DNA from: Thermodesulfobacteriota bacterium
GTDB lineage: Bacteria; Desulfobacterota_D; UBA1144; Nemesobacterales; UBA2774
DNA: 64,000 nt
Direction: 5' to 3'
NCBI GenBank assembly: GCA_965223335.1
Contig: OZ244991.1
Coordinates: 608,001-672,000 of the forward strand
Shown: positions 18,888 through 29,144 of the stretch, piece after piece
Layout: each line of letters starts with the position of its first letter
Position numbering within the stretch: the stretch's first letter is position 1
The notes under the pieces: model-generated
Database searches by the model: none
What the model was told of the DNA's origin: nothing
What the model saw: only the letters and a program-made list of their open reading frames with translations
Translations under genes and position numbers: made by a program

Positions 18888-20960
18888 TTATTTCGGCTCA
18901 CGACTAAAACTTGAAAGCTCGGACTGTAGTTCATAGAGGTTATGGTATATCCCCTGCTTTGCCAGTAGTTCTTGATGTGTACCGTGCTCGGCGATCTCGC
19001 CTTCATGTATTACATAAATCTTGTCTGCATTCCTCACGTTTGATAGCCTGTGTGCAATTATTAGAGTGGTTCTGTCTCTGCCCTCATTCGCGATCGCTTT
19101 TTGTACCTTGCTCTCTATCTCGGCATCTATATGCGAGGTTGCCTCGTCTAGAATCAGGAGCTCAGCTTGTTTGGAAAACGCATGACCCAGAGATACAATC
19201 TGTTTTTCACCCGATGACAGCGAGGTACCGTTTTGATCTTTCATTTCCGAGAGTCGGGTGTTGGTAACAAGTTCGACATTCTTCGTATTCTCACCATCAT
19301 CCAATTCTTTAGCAAATAAAAAAACGTCTTGAAACACAGCCGATACATGTGCCCTTAGGTTGCGCGGGTCGTATTCCCTGATGTTTACACCACCCAGTAG
19401 TATCTCACCCCGATCGATGTCATAGAACCTCAATATCAGATTTACAATTGTAGTTTTCCCCGACCCGGTAAGCCCCACCAATGCGACAGTCTCGCCCGGC
19501 TCTATCTTAAACGATAGATCCTTAAGCACCCATTCCTCTTTGTCGTATGAAAACCATACGTTTTTGAACTCAAGCCCCACGCCTATACCCTCGACGTCGG
19601 CCCCCTCCCTTTGCTCAGGCTCCACATGATAGAGCTCGTACAGGTTCTCGGACGCCGCAGTTGCGGACTGAAATATATTATATCTCTCTGCGAGTTCTTG
19701 TATCGGCCTAAACAGCATCCTCACGTAGTATAGGTAGGCAATGAGTGCACCCAGTGTTAACTCGAACCGTGTTACGAGCAGCCCTCCGTACCAGAGGATA
19801 AAAGCCACAGCAAAAATACTCGTGAACTCAATAAAGGGTCTAAAGGTCGCATAGACCCATAGCTGGTCCATATTGGCTTTGAAGTTCTCGCTGTTCACGT
19901 TCTTAAATTTTTCGAAGTTCTCCATCTCGCGCTTATAGAGCTTAATAAGCACGATCCCACGGATACTCTCCTGTACAAATGCGTTTAGCTTGGCAATCGA
20001 AATCCTAACCCTTCTGTACACAGACTTAAGTTTCATCCTAAAGAGCCCGGCGAAAAAGCCCATTAGTATCGTGAGCAAGAATATAAAAATCGTGAGCTTT
20101 CTGTTCATATAGAACATCACAGCCAACACACCTATCACAACCAGAATGTCCTTACAGAACTGCACCATCACAGACGTGTACATCTCGTTTATCGCGTTGA
20201 CGTCGTTCGTAACCCTGGTCGTCAACCTCCCGACCGGGTTTTTGTCGAAATAGTCCTGGGGCAGCGACAGTGTGTGAGCATAGACCCGAGTACGGATCCT
20301 ATGCATGATGTTATGGCCAGAGTAGTTGAGCAGATAAGTGTAGAGAGTGCTGAAAACAAAAACACCCAATAGGGCACAAAATAGATATAAGGCAAGTACT
20401 TTAACCCTATCTAACTGCTCAGCTCTAAGTACTCGTATATCGCTGGGGGACAGTGTCTCCATCTCGCTGTGGCTAATGTAGTGACTCTCGCCTATAGGAT
20501 CGAACAAGGCGGGATGCTCTCTGATGATTGCCTTGATTGCCGTTTTGCGCTCGCCAGTATAAGCGGAGGGATTCACAACCAGATATCTTTGATCTTCTAC
20601 CTTATTGGTTTTTTCTATGTTGTTTCTATCGACGCTGCTTAACTCCGAAAGGTCAATCAGGTACTTGCCTCCTCCCATACTAAGGACCAGTCCCGGGTAT
20701 CGAGCATTGATATCGCTTGATATCTCCTTCCCCTTGGCATCATCGTCAAACTCTACAACCCTCCAGGACGGATAGATGTATTTGTCTACCGCGATCTTGG
20801 TTATGTAGGGAACTAGCAGCTCAAGCCCTGCTGTGGCAATCATAAAGAGAAGTGATAGGGCGAGCAACACCCTCCAAGGACGTGCGAACTCAAAGAGCCA
20901 CTTTATTATCTTGATATCGTATGTTTTTTTATCAGGATTTTGTTCCGGATTAGTCATCAC
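18888..20960 (-). CDS. ABC exporter half-transporter (TMD+NBD, MsbA/MdlB-like)
   Basis: 6-TM domain, VGRLTTRVTND, Walker A GLTGSGKT, Q-loop FQD, LSSGE, LILDEAT, IAHRLS. Confidence 0.9.
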   Translation of the reverse strand: MMTNPEQNPDKKTYDIKIIKWLFEFARPWRVLLALSLLFMIATAGLELLVPYITKIAVDKYIYPSWRVVEFDDDAKGKEISSDINARYPGLVLSMGGGKYLIDLSELSSVDRNNIEKTNKVEDQRYLVVNPSAYTGERKTAIKAIIREHPALFDPIGESHYISHSEMETLSPSDIRVLRAEQLDRVKVLALYLFCALLGVFVFSTLYTYLLNYSGHNIMHRIRTRVYAHTLSLPQDYFDKNPVGRLTTRVTNDVNAINEMYTSVMVQFCKDILVVIGVLAVMFYMNRKLTIFIFLLTILMGFFAGLFRMKLKSVYRRVRISIAKLNAFVQESIRGIVLIKLYKREMENFEKFKNVNSENFKANMDQLWVYATFRPFIEFTSIFAVAFILWYGGLLVTRFELTLGALIAYLYYVRMLFRPIQELAERYNIFQSATAASENLYELYHVEPEQREGADVEGIGVGLEFKNVWFSYDKEEWVLKDLSFKIEPGETVALVGLTGSGKTTIVNLILRFYDIDRGEILLGGVNIREYDPRNLRAHVSAVFQDVFLFAKELDDGENTKNVELVTNTRLSEMKDQNGTSLSSGEKQIVSLGHAFSKQAELLILDEATSHIDAEIESKVQKAIANEGRDRTTLIIAHRLSNVRNADKIYVIHEGEIAEHGTHQELLAKQGIYHNLYELQSELSSFSREPK

Positions 20961-21058
20961 TAACTGCTACCAAAATAGTGTTTAGTCCAATTATATAATT
21001 ATACACTGGCTCATACGGATTACTCGTGCCACCCTGCTACAAGGTCCGTGCATACCGG

Positions 21059-23785
21059 TCATAAAACTTTCTTTAGATACTTGCCGGTGTGGGATTTTCT
21101 AACTTTAGTTATTTGTTCGGGAGTACCTGTGGCCACCACAAATCCACCTGCCTTCCCGCCCTCGGGTCCGAGGTCCACTACATGGTCAGCCGATTTAATC
21201 ACATCCAGGTTATGCTCTACAACCAAAACGGTGTTACCTGCATAAACAAGTTTATTGAGCACCGAAAGCAACTTCTTTACATCTTCGGCATGAAGCCCTA
21301 CTGTAGGTTCATCGAGTATATACAGGATGTCCTTACCACCCTTGCGCCCAAGCTCCCTCGCAATCTTTATCCTCTGTGCCTCGCCCCCCGAGAGCGTTGG
21401 GGCAGGTTGACCGAGCCTAAGATATCCAAGCCCCACGTCCTGTAGAATTTTAAGCTTTCTCCCAATCGGCGGGTGCTCGTAAAAGAAATTAATTGCCTCG
21501 TCTACAGTAAGGTCGAGGATCTGATTGATGTTCTTTCCCCTATAGGTCACCGCCAACACATCGTCTGTGAACCTTTTACCGTTACAGCTGTCGCAGGTGA
21601 CGTAAACGTCGGCAAGAAAGTGCATCTCTATCATGAGTCTGCCCTCGCCCTTGCATGACTCGCACCTGCCCCCTGGAACATTAAATGAAAAATGTGATGG
21701 GGTTAACCCCTTGGACCTGGCCGACCAGCTCTGGGCCATGAGCTTTCGGATCTCATCAAAGCACTTTATGTATGTGATGGGGTTTGATCTCAGGTTCTTG
21801 CCGATCGGAGACTGATCCAGCATCAGTACATCTGCAAGGTATTGGTCCCCCGTTATCTCCTTGTACGAGCCGACCCTCTCGATGTCTCCACGGAACTTCC
21901 TTGCCAGCGCTGAATAGAGCACATCACTCACAAGCGAGCTCTTGCCCGACCCCGAGACCCCCGTGACGCATGTAAATACCTTAAGGGGGATAGGCACATC
22001 TATATTTTTTAGGTTATTTTCAGAAGCCCCCGCAATCTTTAGCTCGTGTCCCGAGCCGCTTCTCCTCTTAGTAGGTACAGGGATCTTATCCTTCCCATTT
22101 ATATAGTCCTTTGTAAGCGAGCTGTTTTTGCGGCCCAAAAACCCTTTCATCTCGCCCTGATACACGACCTCTCCCCCAGCCTCACCGGCTAGCGGCCCAA
22201 GTTCCACGATATGGTCGGCCGAGGATATCATCTCGTGGTCGTGCTCTACTACAACCACAGTGTTGTCCCTATCACGAAGCTCCTTTATGATAGAGACCAA
22301 CTTCGAGATATCTCGCGGGTGGAGTCCGATCGAGGGTTCGTCCATTATGTACAGGGTTTCAGTCAGTGTCGAGCCTAGCTGACAGGCTAGATTTACCCTC
22401 TGCGATTCCCCGCCCGATAAACTACGTGTGAGTCTGGCAAGCTTTAGGTACCCGAGCCCCACCTTAACCAGGAAGTCCAATCTATGAACTATCTGCTTTA
22501 ATAGCTCTTCTGCTATACCGTATTCATAATCGGTTAGCTCTAGGTCCTCGAAAAATAGCTTTAAATCCTCTATAGAAAGCCCAGTCAGTTGAGAGATAGT
22601 CCGTCCACCGATAAATACGTAGTTTGCTAATGGCTTTAACCTGGTGCCCTCACAATCCGGGCAGTCAAAAGCCGACCTATACTTGCTTAGGAACACCCTA
22701 ACATGCATCTTATAGTTCTTTCTTTCAAGGTAATCAAAAAAGCCATTAATACCCCTGTGTACACCGTTCCCCTCGAATAGCAAGCCCTTCTCCTCCGCCG
22801 TAAGTTCACTGTATGGTTTGCGGGTATCGATCCCCGCCTCTTGGGCAAAGCTAAGGAATTTCCTCATTCGTCCTCGAAACGAGGGTTTTGTCATGGGCTC
22901 GATCGCACCGGCGCTAAGGCTCTTACGGTCGTCGGGCACAATAAGTGCTGGGTCGACCTGCAGTATATTGCCAAACCCCTTACATGTTTCGCAGGCCCCT
23001 TGTGGGCTATTGAACGAGAAAAGCTGCTGTGTGGGCTCTGCGAACTGAGTTTGGCAACTCGTACACTCAAGCTTTTCCGTAAAGGTCAGCGTGTCTCCAT
23101 CCACTATTCTGACATTTATATAATCGCTTTCTTCCAAAGCGAGCTCTACGGAATCTGCAATCCGCGACAGTGCACTCTTTTTTATTGCAATCCTGTCTAC
23201 AAGCACCTCTGCCCCTTTGGGAATCTCCTCGAGTTCCTCTAGGTCTATTACTTTGTCGTCCGAGTAGACTCTGGTAAAACCGATAGTCAACAGGTCGTGG
23301 GAGTTCAAGTGCTTGCCCTCCAGGCTAAATGTTATATATGCCCTCTGTCCATCATGGTTTTGAATGAGTTCTTTTGTAATAATCTCCGGGGTTTTGCGAT
23401 ATACCGGGATATTACAGTTGGGGCATATTATCCTGCCGATCTTAGAATAAAGCAGCCTTAAATAGTCGTATACCTCAGTAGTAGTGCCCACAGTGGAACG
23501 CGAGTTTCTGACGGGGTTTCTACTCTCGATAGCCACGGCGGGGGGCAAACCCGAGATATCGTCCATGTGCGGCCGGTCGACCTTCTCTAGAAACTGTCGT
23601 GCATATGTCGAGAGGCTCTCCACATAACGGCGGAGCCCCTCTGCATAAAGTGTGTCAAGTGCAAACGACGACTTGCCCGAGCCGCTTAACCCGGTCACCA
23701 CCGTATAGGTATGCCAAGGGATTTTTACGTCGATGTTCTTTAGATTATTTTCCTTGGCACCCTTTACTACTATTTCGCCTTTCAT
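21059..23785 (-). CDS. uvrA: Excinuclease ABC subunit UvrA (possibly a second paralogue)
   Basis: GAKENNLKN, two Walker A motifs (TGLSGSGKSS, TGVSGSGKSS), two LSGGE signatures, Zn-binding Cys clusters. Confidence 0.93.
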   Translation of the reverse strand: MKGEIVVKGAKENNLKNIDVKIPWHTYTVVTGLSGSGKSSFALDTLYAEGLRRYVESLSTYARQFLEKVDRPHMDDISGLPPAVAIESRNPVRNSRSTVGTTTEVYDYLRLLYSKIGRIICPNCNIPVYRKTPEIITKELIQNHDGQRAYITFSLEGKHLNSHDLLTIGFTRVYSDDKVIDLEELEEIPKGAEVLVDRIAIKKSALSRIADSVELALEESDYINVRIVDGDTLTFTEKLECTSCQTQFAEPTQQLFSFNSPQGACETCKGFGNILQVDPALIVPDDRKSLSAGAIEPMTKPSFRGRMRKFLSFAQEAGIDTRKPYSELTAEEKGLLFEGNGVHRGINGFFDYLERKNYKMHVRVFLSKYRSAFDCPDCEGTRLKPLANYVFIGGRTISQLTGLSIEDLKLFFEDLELTDYEYGIAEELLKQIVHRLDFLVKVGLGYLKLARLTRSLSGGESQRVNLACQLGSTLTETLYIMDEPSIGLHPRDISKLVSIIKELRDRDNTVVVVEHDHEMISSADHIVELGPLAGEAGGEVVYQGEMKGFLGRKNSSLTKDYINGKDKIPVPTKRRSGSGHELKIAGASENNLKNIDVPIPLKVFTCVTGVSGSGKSSLVSDVLYSALARKFRGDIERVGSYKEITGDQYLADVLMLDQSPIGKNLRSNPITYIKCFDEIRKLMAQSWSARSKGLTPSHFSFNVPGGRCESCKGEGRLMIEMHFLADVYVTCDSCNGKRFTDDVLAVTYRGKNINQILDLTVDEAINFFYEHPPIGRKLKILQDVGLGYLRLGQPAPTLSGGEAQRIKIARELGRKGGKDILYILDEPTVGLHAEDVKKLLSVLNKLVYAGNTVLVVEHNLDVIKSADHVVDLGPEGGKAGGFVVATGTPEQITKVRKSHTGKYLKKVL

Positions 23786-23888
23786 AACTTTGGATCCAAA
23801 AAAGTGTTTATTTATATGATACAGAGTCCTGGTATTAAGGTTCTCCTAATTTAAAATCGGCGACAGACCAAAACGGTTTTACTGCAAT

Positions 23889-24620
23889 CTAGGTATCGGT
23901 ATTTCCCAGGCCAAAAAACGCTTTTACATCGTCTAAGTTTTTCGATTCCAGGAAATCACTCTCGTCTAATCTATCCACCCCTCTTTTATTCATCCATACT
24001 ACGTCGAGCCCGGCATTGAGACCCCCAAGGATATCCGCCCCATAGAGGTCACCAATGTGTACTGCGTCCCCCGCCGCTATATCCAACCGTTCGAGTGCAA
24101 ATCGGAATATTCTCTCGTCGGGCTTAATGAGACCCAACTCTGTAGAATCTAGGATTAAATCGAAAAAATCCCTAATCCCCACCTCGTCACATTTTTGAGC
24201 TGTACGGCCGTCATTATTGGATATTATAGCGACTACAAAACCTTCTTGCTTAAGAAAGCTAAGCAGCCCCTTTGCCCCGGGCAGCACCTCTCTGGTAAAG
24301 CTGATCTTGCTCATCTCAACCCTTACCCGGCTCCTTAGCTCTGCTACATCTACGCTTTTATCCCTAAATTCCTCCAGGTGCTCGTACAGAAGGGGGAAGA
24401 ACCACTTGCGATGCTCATCTGGAGTGATTCCACCCTTGTTAATATGCTTCTTGTAGAGTTCATAATCAGCTCTATGATATGCATGCTCAAACTCACTATC
24501 CGTAATATTCATACCCGCCTCTCTAAGTGCCATAGCGATCCTTTGCAAGAACGGAGGGTTGGTCGAGGCAAGTGTGTCGCCGAAATCAAAAAACACTGCT
24601 TTTTTATGTACTAGGTGCAT
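23889..24620 (-). CDS. HAD-IA family hydrolase
   Basis: FFDFGDTL, IISN, KPDERIF, HIGDLYGADI. Confidence 0.88.
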   Translation of the reverse strand: MHLVHKKAVFFDFGDTLASTNPPFLQRIAMALREAGMNITDSEFEHAYHRADYELYKKHINKGGITPDEHRKWFFPLLYEHLEEFRDKSVDVAELRSRVRVEMSKISFTREVLPGAKGLLSFLKQEGFVVAIISNNDGRTAQKCDEVGIRDFFDLILDSTELGLIKPDERIFRFALERLDIAAGDAVHIGDLYGADILGGLNAGLDVVWMNKRGVDRLDESDFLESKNLDDVKAFFGLGNTDT

Positions 24621-24687
24621 CGTTGCTCCAATGAATTCCGAGTAAATTAATCATTATAGCATCTTTTAATAGCACCTTCCTGCAAGC

Positions 24688-24716
24688 TTGCCAATATACC
24701 TAATCTTAGATACCCT
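24688..24716 (+). promoter_or_regulatory. Putative sigma70 promoter of glyA-nrdR-tatD-pdxA
   Basis: TTGCCA-N17-TACCCT, then SD AAGGAGG. Confidence 0.55.
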
Positions 24717-24741
24717 AAACGCTTATCCAAGGAGGCTTTAA

Positions 24742-25989
24742 ATGTCAGATCTTCTCACCGTAGACCCCGAAATCGCAAAGGTTATAACCGATGAAATAGA
24801 GCGCCAGGAATATAAACTCGAGCTCATTGCGTCGGAAAACTATGTAAGCGATGCGGTGCTTGAAGCACTGGGCTCGGTGCTCACCAACAAGTACGCTGAG
24901 GGCCTGCCGGGCAAGAGATACTACGGTGGATGCGAGTATGTAGACGTAGCGGAAGACCTGGCTAGAGAGAGGGCCAAAAAACTCTTTGGCTGCGATGCTG
25001 TTAATGTACAGCCACACGCGGGCGCCCAGGCCAATATGGCTGTGTACTTCGCAGCGCTCGATCCGGGAGACACGATTTTGGGCATGAGCCTCGACCACGG
25101 AGGTCACCTCACACACGGCAGCCCGGTCAACTTCTCGGGCAGGATATACAACGTGGTCCCATACGGGGTCACAGAGGACACCAATTTAATCGATTATGAC
25201 GAGGTCCGGGACCTTGCCCTCAAACACAATCCCAAATTGATAGTAGTGGGATGGAGTGCGTATCCGAGAGATATAGATTTTGCAAAATTCAAAGAGATTG
25301 CCGATGAGTCGGGAGCATTACTCATGGCCGATATCGCACACCCCTCGGGACTAGTCGTAGCAGGACTCTATTCAAACCCCGTACCCCACTGCGACTATGT
25401 AACCACCACTACACACAAGACCCTAAGGGGTCCACGCGGCGGCATGATTATGATGAAGGAAGAGCACGCCAAAAAGGTAAACAGCAGGGTGTTCCCTGGC
25501 ACACAGGGCGGCCCGTTGATGCATGTGATAGCAGCCAAGGCAGTTGCTTTCAAAGAAGCCCTACAGGATGACTTTAATGAATATCAGAAGCAGGTCGTGG
25601 CCAACTCCAAACGGCTTGGTGACGCACTCATAAAATACGGTTTTAAGCTTGTATCCGGGGGTACAGACAACCACCTGGTACTGGTCGACCTCAGAGACAC
25701 CGACTTAACAGGACAGGTTGCCGAAGAGACACTGGGCGAGGCAGGCATAACCGTCAATAAAAACGCCATACCATTCGACCCGCGTCCCCCTGCAGTTGCG
25801 AGCGGTATTCGGATCGGCACCCCTGCGGTTACGACTCGCGGGATGAAAGAAACCGAGATGGAGCGTATTGCAGATCTCATGTACGAGGCACTTCAGAACC
25901 AAGGAAACGAGCGGGTGCTAGCTAAAATAAAGGATGATGTGAAAGAGCTATGTACGGCTTTCCCCATATATAGCCATAAACTCGTATAG
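24742..25989 (+). CDS. glyA: Serine hydroxymethyltransferase
   Basis: [33 protein letters not shown]. Confidence 0.98.
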   Translation: MSDLLTVDPEIAKVITDEIERQEYKLELIASENYVSDAVLEALGSVLTNKYAEGLPGKRYYGGCEYVDVAEDLARERAKKLFGCDAVNVQPHAGAQANMAVYFAALDPGDTILGMSLDHGGHLTHGSPVNFSGRIYNVVPYGVTEDTNLIDYDEVRDLALKHNPKLIVVGWSAYPRDIDFAKFKEIADESGALLMADIAHPSGLVVAGLYSNPVPHCDYVTTTTHKTLRGPRGGMIMMKEEHAKKVNSRVFPGTQGGPLMHVIAAKAVAFKEALQDDFNEYQKQVVANSKRLGDALIKYGFKLVSGGTDNHLVLVDLRDTDLTGQVAEETLGEAGITVNKNAIPFDPRPPAVASGIRIGTPAVTTRGMKETEMERIADLMYEALQNQGNERVLAKIKDDVKELCTAFPIYSHKLV

Positions 25990-26514
25990 ATGAAATGTCC
26001 ATTTTGCAGCAGTTCGGAAAATAAAGTAGTTGACTCGCGCCTGGCCAAAGGCGATAGCGCTATAAGGCGGCGTAGAGAGTGCCTGGAGTGTAAGAGCCGC
26101 TTTACTACTTATGAGCGGGTAGAGGAGCTTGAGCTACTGGTGGTCAAAAAAGGCGGGGTCCGCGAAACATTTGATCGTATGAAGATTGTATCGGGCATGC
26201 TAAAAGCCTGCGAGAAAAGACCCATAAGCGCTGATGTGATTGAGGAGTTTGTGACCGATCTCGAGCGCGAGCTACAGGAGCGGGGAGAGCGTGAGGTGGA
26301 CAGTCGAGAGATCGGCGAAAGGGTTATAAACAAGCTCTACGACATCGACGAGGTAGCCTACGTCCGGTTTGCATCTGTATACAGGTCGTTTAAAGACGTA
26401 AACCAGTTTATGGACGAGCTAAAAGACCTGCTAAAAGATAAGTCCACTGATCCAGATTCCAAAAAAATTAGCAAATCCACCCTGGAATTAATCAAAGACA
26501 AAGACAACGAGTAA
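25990..26514 (+). CDS. nrdR: Transcriptional repressor NrdR
   Basis: MKCPFC...RRRRECLEC Zn ribbon, ATP cone, [10 protein letters not shown]. Confidence 0.96.
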   Translation: MKCPFCSSSENKVVDSRLAKGDSAIRRRRECLECKSRFTTYERVEELELLVVKKGGVRETFDRMKIVSGMLKACEKRPISADVIEEFVTDLERELQERGEREVDSREIGERVINKLYDIDEVAYVRFASVYRSFKDVNQFMDELKDLLKDKSTDPDSKKISKSTLELIKDKDNE

Positions 26515-26515
26515 T

Positions 26516-27271
26516 ATGTTAATAGACACTCATGCCCATCTCGTGTCTTTAGAAAACCCCGAAGATGCAATAATCAGAGCAGGTGAAAACGGGGTAGGAA
26601 AGATAGTTGCCATAGCATCTGACCTGGACTCCTCCCATGCCACCCTAAAACTCTCTAATAGCTACGATAATATCTATGCCACTGTCGGAATCCACCCCCA
26701 TGCTGCATCGAGCTATAGCGAGCATACATGGGCTGCATACCGGGATTTAACCAATGAACCCAAGGTAGTCGCCGTAGGAGAAACCGGGCTCGATTATCAC
26801 TACATGAACTCACCTAAAGAAACACAGATACTTTCATTTCAAAACCACATAGCGCTTGGAAAGAGCACAGAGCTTCCGCTTGTGATCCATATACGTGACG
26901 CACACGATGATATGATAAACATACTCAGAACCGAGCCACTTTCCTCAAACCCGGGAGTAATCCACTGCTTTACGGGCGACAGGGCACTCGCCGAAACCTA
27001 CCTTGACCTGGGTTTTTATATATCGTTCTCGGGCATAGTAACGTTTAAAAGGTCAGAGGAACTGAGAGACGCGGCAAAGTATGTGCCCGGGGACCGAATC
27101 CTCATAGAAACCGATTCCCCATACCTCGCTCCCGTGCCCCACAGAGGCAAACCCAATGAACCGGCCTATGTTAAACACGTGGCCGAAACCCTGGCAGACG
27201 TCCGCGGGTTAACACTCGAGCAACTCGAAGAAATCACAACCTCTAATGCTCAAAGGTTATTCTCTATATAG
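26516..27271 (+). CDS. tatD: TatD family DNase
   Basis: IDTHAH, GIHPH, GETGLD, IHCF, ETDSPYL. Confidence 0.93.
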   Translation: MLIDTHAHLVSLENPEDAIIRAGENGVGKIVAIASDLDSSHATLKLSNSYDNIYATVGIHPHAASSYSEHTWAAYRDLTNEPKVVAVGETGLDYHYMNSPKETQILSFQNHIALGKSTELPLVIHIRDAHDDMINILRTEPLSSNPGVIHCFTGDRALAETYLDLGFYISFSGIVTFKRSEELRDAAKYVPGDRILIETDSPYLAPVPHRGKPNEPAYVKHVAETLADVRGLTLEQLEEITTSNAQRLFSI

Positions 27272-27321
27272 CACACCTTGAGTGAACTCCATTCCCCGTG
27301 CATTCTTAGAGGTGATAAACA

Positions 27322-28278
27322 ATGAACAAAACTCCTAGGATTGGGATAACTCTCGGCGACCCAAACGGTATCGGCCCCGAAATCACAGCCAAAGCAGTGT
27401 GCTCGGCCGAGCTAAAAGACAGGTGCGAACTCCATGTCTATGGGAGTCGTGTTGTTTTCAGAGCTGCAGAGAAGCTTGTAGGTATGGACGGTTTGTATAA
27501 ATTCCACGAAATTAGCGGGTTTGAGGATGAACACCTCAAACCTGGCACCGTTGATAAAACCGCAGGGAAAGCGAGTTTGGAATATATTAATGCGGCCGTA
27601 ACGGACGCAGTTAACAATAAAATCGATGCAATAGTGACAGCTCCTATAAGCAAAGAGTCCATTCATGCGGCAGGATCTGTTTATCCGGGGCATACTGAGA
27701 TGCTACGGGATATGACCGGTGCCGGGGATGTTGTAATGGCATTTAGCGGGGGCAACTTCATGGTGGCTCTGGTCACTATACATGTAGCGCTAAAGCAGGT
27801 ACCCGAGCTTATCACAAGGGATAAGGTACTGAATACTATCCGTGTTTCGTTCGAATCTCTTAAGAATGAATTCAGCATTAATAATCCCAGGATTGTGGTG
27901 TGTGGACTTAACCCTCATGCCGGGGAGGCCGGGGCTTTCGGAACCGAGGAAATAGAACACATATTGCCTGCTATAGAGGTTGCAAGAAAAGGGGGTATAG
28001 ATGTAACAGGCCCCTTACCAGCGGACACGCTCTTTTACCAGGCCAAAAACGGCCGGTGGGATCTGGTCGTAGCAATGTATCATGATCAGGGATTGATACC
28101 ATTTAAGATGCTTGCGTTTGATGTGGGGGTGAATGTTACATTGGGTTTGCCAATTATCAGAACCTCGCCCGATCACGGTACAGCTTTCGATATAGCATGG
28201 CAGGGAAAAGCAGATCCCACGAGTATGATAGAGGCCATCTCCCTTGCCGCAACCCTGGCACAGAATCGCATTAAGTAA
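27322..28278 (+). CDS. pdxA: 4-hydroxythreonine-4-phosphate dehydrogenase
   Basis: GDPNGIGPE, GHTE, LNPHAGE, MYHDQG, RTSPDHGTA. Confidence 0.95.
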   Translation: MNKTPRIGITLGDPNGIGPEITAKAVCSAELKDRCELHVYGSRVVFRAAEKLVGMDGLYKFHEISGFEDEHLKPGTVDKTAGKASLEYINAAVTDAVNNKIDAIVTAPISKESIHAAGSVYPGHTEMLRDMTGAGDVVMAFSGGNFMVALVTIHVALKQVPELITRDKVLNTIRVSFESLKNEFSINNPRIVVCGLNPHAGEAGAFGTEEIEHILPAIEVARKGGIDVTGPLPADTLFYQAKNGRWDLVVAMYHDQGLIPFKMLAFDVGVNVTLGLPIIRTSPDHGTAFDIAWQGKADPTSMIEAISLAATLAQNRIK

Positions 28279-28293
28279 TTGCCAGGCGAATCT

Positions 28294-29049
28294 CTATACG
28301 TATGTTTCAGGGATTCCGATTATCTGTGGTAGTAGTTCCCCGGACTTGCCGAGTAGTGTCATATCGAAAAGCGGGGAGTTGGGTGTCTGTTCCATATTGA
28401 TCTCGATTACGGATTTCCCAGTCTGTTTAGCTACAAGCCCCATAGATGCCGCAGGCTCTACCACACCTGATGTGCCGACTATCAGCATTACATCGCATTC
28501 CTCAATTGCCTTTAGTGATTTATCAATGAGGTCCATGTCCAGGTTCTCCCCGAACCAGACTACGTGGGGCCTGCCCATTTCTCCGCAGAGCTTGCATGTG
28601 GGAGGGATCTCGGGGAGAGGGACGGTGTGGTTCTGCTCTATCTCGCTGCATTTTGTGCACCTTATCTGCCATATGTTGCCGTGCAGCTCGACCATATTTC
28701 TGCTCCCCGCCATCTGGTGCAGCGCATCTATATTCTGCGTGATAAGTGTAAATTTCTTTTTTTCCTTCTCCAGATCAACCAGTGCATAATGACCGGCATT
28801 GGGCTTTGACTCCGCCACTGCGTTTCGCCTCCAATCGTACCATTCCCACACCAGTTTTGGATTATCCCAGAAAGCTTGCGGCGTTGCCAGCTGCTCGGGT
28901 TTGTAGTTCTGCCACAAACCCTCCTGACCCCTGAACGTTGGTATCCCGCTCTCAGCCGATATACCTGCGCCTGTAAGCACTGCCACACTCGATGCTTTTG
29001 CGAGCAGCCCCCTTGCCAACATGATTTTTTCGTTCTGTTCCGGGTTCAT
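28294..29049 (-). CDS. cobB: NAD-dependent protein deacylase (class III sirtuin)
   Basis: TGAGISAESGIPTFR, YxxR (WYDWRR), TQNID, ELHG, CxxC...CxxC, VGTS. Confidence 0.93.
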   Translation of the reverse strand: MNPEQNEKIMLARGLLAKASSVAVLTGAGISAESGIPTFRGQEGLWQNYKPEQLATPQAFWDNPKLVWEWYDWRRNAVAESKPNAGHYALVDLEKEKKKFTLITQNIDALHQMAGSRNMVELHGNIWQIRCTKCSEIEQNHTVPLPEIPPTCKLCGEMGRPHVVWFGENLDMDLIDKSLKAIEECDVMLIVGTSGVVEPAASMGLVAKQTGKSVIEINMEQTPNSPLFDMTLLGKSGELLPQIIGIPETYV

Positions 29050-29144
29050 AGCTTAATTAGACATATACGTTATATCTTAAATGTTAAGTCCAGTAGCAAA
29101 GGTTTTCAATAAACGGTTGGGGTGATGTGAGGACTCGTAGTGAC

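Noticed and set aside
28244..28789. 181-aa plus-strand ORF opposite cobB
   Set aside because: Antisense shadow with no recognisable motifs.
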